Under the pieces are notes generated by a model that worked only from the letters and a program-made list of their open reading frames with translations, did no database searches and was not told where the DNA came from. The translations under genes and the position numbers were made by a program. From Felis catus (Eukaryota), in the NCBI RefSeq assembly GCF_018350175.1, contig NC_058369.1, forward strand, positions 13,702,001 through 13,766,000: DNA of 64,000 nt. Reading direction: 5' to 3'. Positions 25,540 through 35,600 of the stretch are shown here, one piece after another (position 1 is the stretch's first letter; every line of letters begins with the position of its first letter).

Positions 25540-26700
25540 CGTGCCTGCGTGTGTGTCCCCGCGCTCCCCCCCCCACCCCACCCCACTGCGTTGGGCACTG
25601 CGCGTGCGCGCCCGGCCCACGGTCCCCACAGCGGGACCCATCCGCGCGCCCGCCATCGCCCCTTTAAGAGCGGCGCCCGCGGGCGGCAGGGAGGCGGCGG
25701 GCGGGGGCGCGCGCGGCGGGAGGAGGGGGCGCGCGCTTCCCGGAACAGCCCGCGCTGAGGGAAGAGAGGAAGAAAATAAAACCCGTGGCTGGAGCTGAAG
25801 CTGGAGCTGCCGCCGCCGCCGCCACCGCCGCCTTGGCCGTCTGGAGCTCCCCCGCGCGGACGATGCCCGCGGTGCCCGCGCGGGGCTCGGGGCTGTGAGG
25901 CCCAGGGCGCGGGGTAGCTATGGCGACCGCTAGCGCGGCCCGCGGTGCCGCCTNNNNNNNNNNNNNNNNNNNNNNNNNNNNNNNNNNNNNNNNNNNNNNN
26001 NNNNNNNNNNNNNNNNNNNNNNNNNNNNNNNNNNNNNNNNNNNNNNNNNNNNNNNNNNNNNNNNNNNNNNNNNNNNNNNNNNNNNNNNGGCCGTGGGCGC
26101 CGGGGGCGGGACTCGGCCGCCGCGCAGGCTTCCGTGGGCCCCAATGCCGGCGGGCACCGCGCGGGGCACGTGGGCGCGGGGGCAGGGCGTGCGGGGCCCC
26201 AGCGCGGCTCGAAGGGGTCGCGAGATTTGCGGGGGCGCGCGAGACCCGAGGGGCGCGAGATTTGAGGGGGGCGCGCGAGACCCGAGGGGCGCGCGGGGCC
26301 GCGAGATTCGTGGGAGTGCGCTAGATCTAAGGGGCGTGGGGAGCTGCGGGATTTGACGGGCGCGTGGGACTCGGGCGGCGCGAGGGACGCAAGGGGTCGT
26401 GTGGCTGGAGGGGGTGCGCGAGATCCCAGAGGTCGGGAGGGCTGAAGGGGTGCTGGAGACCCGAGGTTCGCGAGATTTGAGGGGGCGCGTGAAACCCGAG
26501 GGCTTGAGCGACCCGAGGGGCGCGAGGGGTCGCGACGTGGCCCCAGACTTGAGGGCGCAGGATTCGAAGGGACGCGACGGATCCGAGCCGGACTCGAAGG
26601 TCGCGAGACCTCCAACAGTCGAGACCTGCGTGCGCGCGAGGTCGCGGGCCGAGCCCTCTCCCACATTCTGCAGGGAAGTTTCCGCGGCCGAGGAGTCTGA
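25540..26700. promoter_or_regulatory. SSBP4 CpG-island promoter, 5' UTR and inferred coding exon 1 (about 59 coding nt expected inside gap 25954-26088)
   Basis: Very CpG-dense, GCC repeat leader; first visible coding exon (32638) begins mid-codon and lacks the MYAKGGK...AREK N-terminus known from human SSBP4. Confidence 0.8.
25954..26088. other. Assembly gap (N run) over expected SSBP4 coding exon 1
   Basis: 135 N. Confidence 1.
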
Positions 26701-28759
26701 CCTCAGTCGGGGAGGGGGGAACCCCTGCACCTCAGGAAGAGCTTGAGAGAGGAGAGGGCCTGAGGGGTGCTGGCCCCAGCCCCGCGTGGGCAGCTGGGTG
26801 GATCCCCTGGGGAGGCCACACGGCTCCCAGTGGGGGGGGGGGACACTGGGATCTGCAAAAACCCCTCCTGCGGAGGCTAAAGGTGCCATCGTGCCTATTC
26901 TCCAGGCCCCTTGGTGTCCAGAGCTGCCCTGCGTTCGTCCGTTTCTTGTAGGGGCTCCCATGTAAGCGTTGGTTTGGAGATCGGGTTCTGCTGCTAAAGA
27001 AAGTTTGGAAAACACCAGATGGTCGCACCCCCTCTTTCATCCGTAGGGCTGCGGGGGCCCTGGGGAGGAAGCGAGCTGCTGAGGTCTCAGCGTCTGGGGC
27101 ACGAGAGAGCGAGAGCTCTCGGAAGGGGGGAGGGCGGCACCGCACCCGGGAAGCCGGCTGGCTGCTGCTGAGCCTTCCTTTCTGAAATAAGGACGACCGG
27201 CCTTGTAGGATTCTCACGAGGACTACAAGGACTGGTGAAAGGCTGCAGGTGGAGCACCCCACGCAGGCAGCCACCAGCCCAGCCACTTCCTGTGTCTGGG
27301 CCTCGGTTTCCTCCTCTGTGAAATGGGGTGTGTGTGTGGGGGGGGGGGGGTGACACTGCTCAGGTCCTCAGCCCCTGGCACTATGTTTTTCTCCCTGCTC
27401 ACCCTCCTGCCTCCTCCTGCCCTTCTTCCCTCTCAGGTCCCTGTCCTGGGCCCGCCTCTGGCTCCCCATCTCAACACTGGGTCTGGGACAGCCTGCCCCA
27501 GAAAGGACTGAATACCTGCTGGGTGCGTCCAATAATAAACACTCCCAACCTACAGGGCAGCCTGGAGGGCACCTACCACCCAGAACTAACTAGCACTTGC
27601 ATTTGGTCATTGGATTTAGGGCTTTTTAAGTAAGAGTACGGAGGTAGCAGGGGTAGCTGCAGGCCCCTTTGTCCCCTTTGTATCCCTCCTCCTATGGCTC
27701 CAGAGGTTCTGCCATTGTGAAGCACAGCTAGGTTGGTTTAAATCATTCCATAAACGACAACCATGGTTGGTGTCACTGGGTTCCTTGTGTTTTTTTCTCC
27801 CGGGGTGGGTTTTGAGACAGGGCACATGACCACAGGTGAAGTTTGTTCCTTGGCTCAGCGGGTGCGGGAATCACCTTGCGTTTGCTCTGTTTCTTGCTGG
27901 GCTTCCAAGTATGGCTGTGGGCATCCTCGTTTGGAGAGCAGATGAGTAAGAGGTCCTTAAGAAAGGAGCCCCTGAACTGAGTCTTGGAGGCTAAGCAGAG
28001 CCGCTGGACACAGGGGAGCCTCCAAGGAAGGACTTGAGAGGAGGTAGTGTCTGGGGGGGGGGGAACAGGAGGAGGAGGAAGACAGAGGTGGAATTTGTGA
28101 GTGGGGGTCGTCACTCTGGCCACCGTGTGGGAGAAGGGCTGTGAGGGGCAAGTGTGGAGGCTGTGCCAGGCGGATGGTGAGGAGGGTGGTCACCACCCTG
28201 GCAAGAGATGCCTGAAGGCCTGGCCTTGAAGGCAGCCGTGGGGAGGGAGGAAGTGTGTGGCTTGGAGAGTCCCTTTGTTGAGTGATACAAGCCCCTGGGT
28301 AGAGGGCATCTCCCAGCCCCCAGCAGCAAGTCCAGGGGCTTTAGGGGGAGGAGGACACCATGCGGGGAGCATCCGTTTACCTACCATAATTCTTGATTAC
28401 GGTGGTGGTGCCGCATTGTAGCCTGCGGGGCTCTAACATCCTATTAGGTCACCGTGTGCATTTCTTCCTATGAATACTTGGGGTCTGGGCACGCCAGATC
28501 CTCTAGGTCACTCGCTCCTTCCATCCACCTGCTCTCTTACCGCAGAAGCGCCCCCCTGAGTGCAGTCATTCTGCAGGCCATTTGCCAACCTGGTTAGGGG
28601 TGGGGATGCCAGGATTTGGATTCAGAGCCCAGCCCTTCCCCATGACCGAGCCCAGGGCTCTGTCAAACTAGACTGTCAAACTAGAAGCCCTGCTTGGGGT
28701 CTCTGAAGGGCCCTGAACAACATAGCCCATGTCCAGGCTTCAAAAATTTTCACACCCCC

Positions 28760-29540
28760 CCGTCCCCCGCCGCCAACATGCACGCCGTCAGGCCCCAGGC
28801 TGGCGGTTCCGGCCCTCGCTTTTCCTCCGGCAGTGGCTGGCTGGGCCACCTTGCTCTTCCACTCCTTTTTCAAGTTCCTCGTGGGCAAGGATGTGGTCGT
28901 GGAACTCAAGAATGACCTGAGCATCTGTGGAACCCTCCAGCGTGTGGCTCGGTATCTCAGCATCAAACTAACTGACGTCAGTGTCACAGACCCTGAGAAA
29001 TAGCCTCACACGTTATCAGTGAAGGACTGCTTCATCCGGGGCTCAGTGGTCCGCCCTGTGCGGTTGCCGGCAGATGAGGCGGCCGCAGCGGCTACAGGAC
29101 GCAGCAAGGAAGGAGGCCCTGCAGCAGAAACAGTGGTGGTTCCTGCTCCCCTCCCTGTCCCTCTTCTACTGGTGACCTTTAACCTCAAGTCCCAGCCGGG
29201 ACCCCTGGCTCCCATACTGGAGGGTTTTTTGTCTTTTTTTTTTTTTTTTTTAATAGTGGAGCCTTTTTTTTTTTTTTTTAATTACTTCAGGGATGAGTGG
29301 ATGAGAGGAAATAATAGTGGGGAGCAGCTCTCCTCTGTTGAGGGGAGGATAAGTAGGCTGAGGAACTGCAAAGCCTGCCTTGTCCCCAGCATCCGTCCTT
29401 CTCACTCCTTCCGTGGAGTGGGAAGAATCTCCTAGATTTCTCCAGGGCGCCCATGTGTTTCGTCTTGGGGATGGAAGGAATCTCCCTCCCGTATCGGCAA
29501 TAAACTTAGGATGCACACACAAGCAACAACAACAAAAACG
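28760..29540 (+). pseudogene. LSM2: LSM2 processed pseudogene in SSBP4 intron 1
   Basis: Intronless; 28851-29136 translates to LFHSFFKFLVGKDVVVELKNDLSICGTL...CFIRGSVVR..LPADE, matching LSM2. Start ATG>TTG, premature TAG at 29001, frameshift near 29080, stop TGA>TGG, LSM2-like 3' UTR, AATAAA 29499-29504, decayed A tail. Confidence 0.95.
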
Positions 29541-32500
29541 CTTCTCACCCAAAACAAGACAGCTCACAATTCTTCCCTCAGACTCCATCGTAGTAAAAAT
29601 TAAAGTACCAACATGTAAGAGAAATCTGCAAAACTGAAAACTCTGCCTGGTTTCTCTGCTTTGGGGATAAAACCCCACCCAAATCCTTAACATCGAAACA
29701 CTCAGCCAACTTGTATGGGTGCTTACCAGACTACTTGTGTTAATCCCCCCCCCCCCCCCCCCACCGAAGTCACAGGGAGTCCTGGTGGTGGTTTGTTCAT
29801 TCCTTTGGGGTAGCTGGGGGCCCAAGATGCGCTGGGCTCTGTTTCAAGTTCAGTAGCGAGCAAAAGAGAGCAAGTCCCTGCCTCCACCCCCGGCCCCCTC
29901 CGAAGCTACATTCCAGAAGGAGCTGCAGGCAGAGAGCAGAGACCTGTGTGTCAGAAGGGGATAAATAAGGTGGTGGTGGGGGGGGGGCGGATGGGGCAGG
30001 TGGTGTTAGGTGTGATAGGAAAGACTGTGACGGGTGACATTTGAGCTACACCGGCCTCAAGGTGGAAGCGTTGGAGGTGGGCGAACACCTCCCTGAGGTG
30101 GAGGATGGCCAGTGTATGTGTGTTGGGGCAGTGAAGGGGGAGTGTTACGGGATGTGTGTGTACAGACACTAGGGGCTGGGGAGAGCGCAGCCCCTGGAAG
30201 GGGGCGGGGGGGGGGGGTGCTGTCGAAATCCAGGTAAGAGATGCTAGTGGCCTGGGCCAAGCGTGTGCTAGAGGAGGCAGGAAGAAGGCTCCGAATCAGG
30301 AGAGAGAGCTTTTTCCTTAAGTCTTTTCCCCCTAAATTCAGCAAGTGCAGTGATCTCAGGGCTGTGGTTGGGTGGATGTTATTCGTGCACGTGTGTGCAC
30401 CCTTGTCCCTTTGTGAGTCAAGGCCAGACCACCCAAGCCAGATCACAGGGGCGTGGGGGGCAGGCAGAGGCGGGCTCCTGAACCCGCATTCTGGGGTCAC
30501 GTGTCACTGCTGAACAGTCAAGGCCAAAGGGAGGTGTAGGAAGACCCAATGGCTGGCAGTGTAGACCCCTTGGTGGATGTGGTGGGAGCCAAGGGTATTT
30601 CTTCAGGGGGCTTACTGAGCTAGAATTCCCCCAGGGCAAGACTGCAGCCCCCCACTACCCCTACCCTTACCCCATCTACCTGGATTCCCCCACCTCCTTT
30701 TGCTTCCTTGGCTCTGGACGTCTCACCCCAGACTTTCCTGCCCCTTGCAACAACCCCCGAAATGGGTGAGGGACTGACCAGACCTCTCTCAGCCTCTCCT
30801 TACCTGGAAGGTGGGGTAGCTGGTAGGCCTGCGCTGGTTGGCTCTGCTTCAGGCCATTGGCTTTTCACATTCGTTCCTTCACTAATGGACACAGGGCTGG
30901 CAGATGCAGGCCCCTTGAAGGCTCGGGAAGCCTCCAGAAAGGAAGAGTCACAGGAGTGAATTGGACAGGGAAACCTGGCCATGGGGCCATGGGGCCAGGA
31001 AGGCTGAGAGGGGCGCGATGATGTGGGGGAATCCGCAGCCAGTGTTGAGGAAAACCCACGCTTGGAGTCGCGTGAGCACCGTGAACTCTACCCCTCTGTG
31101 CCCTGTCCCTGTAGGTGGCTGTCACAGCTCATTTGGTGTGGTGTGAGCCAGGGGCCCACCTCACCCTGGGACAGCCGCCCACCCCAACCCCTTAACGTCC
31201 CCCTTTTGCCCTTCCCTAGCACGCACAACCTTCCGGCCCGCCATGTAACTTAGCTTCTCCTATGTATTGTTGTGTTCCTGTCTGCCCACGAGCAGGTAGC
31301 TTGCAGAGGTACAGGTGTCTGTTGCGTTCATTGCACAGGGAGGTGCTGGACGAAGGAAGAGGATCCAGGCCAAGGACAGAACCCATGGGGTGGGGCAGGG
31401 ACTGGGGGCCAGGACAGGATGGCCAGAACTGCCTCTGTGAGGTCTGAGGAAGGGGGAGTGATCTGATGGGGGGGCGGGTATGTGAGGATCAAGAAGCCTG
31501 GCTGGGAAGGTGGGGAGAGAGCAGGAACATGAGACAAAGCAGGGTTATTTTAGGATGGGGCCCTCAGCCAGGGAAGGGCGGCCAGCCGAGTGGGGAGGCG
31601 TTCTAGAAGGCCTTCCAGCTCAGGCCAGCCCTTGAGGAGTCCCCAGTCTTGGATCTGGACCCTATACCCCCCCAGCCCACATGGGACCTGGACGGGCAGT
31701 AAGGTCCCTGGGAGCACTGGGAGGGGCCAGTAACTGTGGAGTGGATGGTTGGGAAATGGGTGACCCCAGGGGCCAGGAAGTTGTTTCTCTGCTTGCTGGT
31801 GTGGAGGACTGATGAGGGGGCGTGGAGGCTGAGGATGGAGAGGCTTGGAAGGTGGCGTGGAAGGGCCGGCCTTCCTATGTGGCCCGTGGAGGACACTGCC
31901 GGATGGAAGGTGGCCTGTTCTTGGGGTGGGCAGTGGCCAGATTGGTGTGTCTAAGGTTACCCGGCACTGTGTTTTGACAAGGTGCCGTGGCAGCCAAGTG
32001 GCACTGCTGGCCCCACTGCCCCTCGCTACCCTCACTTCTCCAGACTCTCCCTGGAGGGCTGGTATAGATGGGTCATGGCCACCACTGGTGGATGGGCGCT
32101 GATCCTGAGAAAGAGAACGGGGGTCCAGGGACACCTGGAAGAGGGCCCCTAGCAGGCAAGGCTGGGAGGGAATTAGGTGCTGGGCCCTGGCCACATGGCC
32201 TAGGGTACTGGCTGGGAGACCCTACCCAGGGCATAGCCTGGAGTGACATCCAGGAGCCCTTTCTCCTGGGCAGTAAACCTCCCTGGGACCAAGGCTGTTC
32301 TGGGGTCTCAGCGTTGGCAGGATGGGGCCAGGACTTGGTGTTTAACAGAGCAGAGTTTGGTTTGCAAGTGGGGGGTTATGGACTGCTGAGAGCGTTGCCT
32401 AGAAGAAGGGCCTGCAGGCTGGGTATTGATGGATATGTAGGAGTTGGCTGGTCTGAGCAACTGAAGTCATCACCTGTCAGGGTGGGGGAGATGTGGGTGA

Positions 32501-32637
32501 TTGGGGAACCAGTAGGGGGCAGTGAGTGAGGCCGGGCGTGGCGTCATGAGGGGCTCACTGAGGGCCTCTCTCAGGGATCCTTGGGACTGTGGGGCTCGCC
32601 CCAGGCCTGAGCCAGCCTCCCCTCTGCCTGCCTGCAG

Positions 32638-35600
32638 GTTGGCACTCTATGTATACGAGTACCTGTTGCACGTTGGTGCCCAGAAGTCAGCCCAGACCTT
32701 TCTGTCCGAGGTAAGCCAGCCTGGCCAGGCAGAGATCCCCCCCTAAGCTGGGCCCTTCCTTACCACCCATATCCTGGGGTCCTCTCCATCTCCTTTCCAA
32801 ATGGGTTGGGGTGCCCCTCTGCTGGCCCTGGGAACTGAGGGCTGGGGTGGATCAGGGCCCGTGGACTGGTGTCCAGGCATCTGCCTGGCCATCTGACGAT
32901 CTGTGCCCACTTATCTGCCCCTCACATAGTTGCCCCCCTCCCAGCTCCCTTGCTCTGGGCTGCTGGTCCCCTGCCCCAGCATTCCCCAGGCACCAGGCTG
33001 GGCTAGGGCTGCCCCAGGTTGGAAGGGGTCAGGCAGGGCCCTCTCACTGTCTTGCCTTCCCCCTGCAGATCCGATGGGAGAAGAACATTACGCTGGGGGA
33101 GCCCCCAGGGTTCCTGCATTCCTGGTGGTGGTGCGTGTGAGGCTGGCCAGGGTGGGCCACGGAGGGGGGCTGGGTGGGGACGTGTGGGGAAACCATCGTC
33201 CCCCCCCTCCCTGCCGCCCACAGCGTGTTCTGGGACTTGTACTGTGCAGCACCTGACCGCAGAGAGGCGTGTGAGCACTCAAATGAGGCCAAGGCCTTCC
33301 AGGACTACGTGAGTCCCTGCCCCGGGGACTGGGACCAGGGCTCGTGGGCATGGGCAGGTTTCTGGGCCTGTGGCCTTGGGGTCCTGTGTGGCCTGAGGCT
33401 GGCTTGGGTGGCCAAGTGGGTCTGGCTGTGGGGATTGATCTGGGATCTGGCCACTTCTGGGGAGTCCCTATTCCCTCTACTCAGTATAGGGATACTCACA
33501 AGATGGGGGAGATCCTTCCACTGCGCTCAGCTCCTGAGGGCCCCCACAGCCCCCCCCCCCCATACCTTCCTGCGGCCGGCCCCGCCTCTCCTCTCCATCA
33601 TCTGAATCCCCCGTGGAGCCAGGAGCTCCTGCCTCCCCATCTGCCTAGCTGTGTATGTGTAGTTTGTGTGTGTGTGTCTACATGTGTGTCGGAGGACAGG
33701 GTTGGGGCCACTACTGCATGTCCCCTCCCGCCCCAGCCTTTCTGAGTGCAGGCGGGAGTGGGGGTGGGGGTTGGCTAACTGGCAGGTGCACCCTTGAGCA
33801 GCAGAGGCCCAGCAGTGGGCACACTTCCTAACTTTGCTTGGTGGCTGAGGCTGTTGACTCCACCTCTTTGGCCTCAGTTTCCTTCTGGGTTGAGTGGGGG
33901 TCAGAGGCCTGTCTGAAGAGGAAAGGGCATGACATGAAAGGGCTGGTGGCATTTTGTCATGGGCAGATGGCAGCCCCTGCCTTTATCTTCTTGGCCTTGG
34001 GTGTGGGGCTTGGCCACCCGGCTTCTCCGGGAGGTCTCTGGCTGGCCAGGAAAGGCTTGGGGGCTCCGGGCCCACTCAAGGGGGAAGCAGCAGCGCAGCT
34101 GGCGTCCAGGGGCGGGCAGCTCTAGGCGAGTTCCCCGCTCCCACCCCCTCCCCGTTGTGCGCCCACACTCCGACAGCCGTCCTCGCATCCTGAGCAATCC
34201 TCCCCGCTGTGCCCCCTCGGGCCTCCCAGGGCGTGGCGGTCCCCATCTCGCTCTGCAATTGGTCAAGGTTGTGCACCGCCTCCCCGCATAACGCATCCCC
34301 TCCCCTGCCCAGTGCAGGCCTTCGTAGGGCGGGAGTGCAGCCCCAGAGGGGTAAGGCTTCGTCTTGTCCCTGAAGACGCTCCTCACGCGCCTTACGCTGT
34401 GCTTGGGAGCTGGGGTCATACTGTTGGTCCCTATTGGGTCCCACTGCTCGTGTGCTGCCCCCCTGTCCCTCTCCTGCCAGAACTGGGGCTCCAGGGGTGT
34501 CTGGAGTTGTGTGCGTGCCTGACTCCTTGAGGGCGCCCCCTCCCGGCCTGCTCAGCGCCCCTTCCCTCTCCGCCCCGGCTTTGCCTCTGCCCGCGACTCC
34601 AGCGGCCTCTCAGGGCGCCTCCAGGGAGGGCAAGGAGGGCGGAGTGCTTGGTTCTTCACACGGAGGGGTACGCGCTTCCCGGGAGCGCGCCGGTTACCAT
34701 GGCAGCGGAGCGCGCGTGGCGTGGGGGGTGGGGGGAGATGGCACGGGCACAGCGGACGTGGGTGGGGGGATGGGGACCCCCCCCCCCACCCGGCCCGCGG
34801 TGGGTAGCGACCTGGCCCCGGGGTGGCGGGTTCTCTGTTGCTGCGGGCGCACATCCTGCCCGGCCGCTGCTCTAGCGCCCTGCTTGCCTCCTCTACGTGG
34901 TCGGTGTGTGGGGGGGGGGGGCCTCCGAGTGGGGACTCAGTTCGCCCCTCCCGGCTCTGCTGCCGACCTCGGCATCTCCAGGAAACGCTAGCGCGCCCAA
35001 CCCGTCGTCATAGCAACGCAGGTTGGGCCAGGGCGTCTCCGGGCGGATGATGGACGTGGGGGGGGGGGTGTCTAGCTGGGCCACCCGCCAGGGAGAGTGG
35101 ACCGCCCCATATTAACCCTTCTGGGCCTAGAATTGGGAAGCTACAAGGGGTTGAGGGGTGCCCCATCTTTTCCCTGCCCCCACATCTCGTGGTCCGCAGC
35201 CCAGAAAGCAGCTGCCCCCACCTCCGCCCTCCCGACCAGGAAATGATCTGGCGCCTGTTGTGGCTCAAAAGGAGGGGGACTGCTCTCCCACCCTCCCTGT
35301 GGGGTAGGTGGGGGGGGGGGCGGGGGTGGATAGACCTAAGGTTCAGAGGTGCCCCTGTTCAGCCACTGAGGCAGGCGCCTTCGAGAATAGCTGTTCAGCT
35401 GTAAGGCTGTATCTGTGGGAGGGCATGAGGTGGAGGAAGGGGGGGGGGTGGCAGTTTGGAGGGGGGGGCTGAAAGCTTTATCCCCCCTCACTCCTAGGGT
35501 CTCTTGGGCTTTCAAAAGATTTGCAATGGGCCCTGGGAGTGCTTTCAGTCACCATAGGCCTGGGGAGGCTCCCACCCATACCTCCCCAGTTTGGGGCCTG

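Noticed and set aside
25497-27015. Long 361-389 aa ORFs across the SSBP4 promoter
   Set aside because: They span an N-gap and stop-poor CpG-island repeats; low-complexity R/P/A/S content
28851-29136. Functional LSM retrogene, or LSM4 (a neighbour in human synteny)
   Set aside because: Sequence is LSM2-like, with lost start, internal stop, frameshift and lost stop
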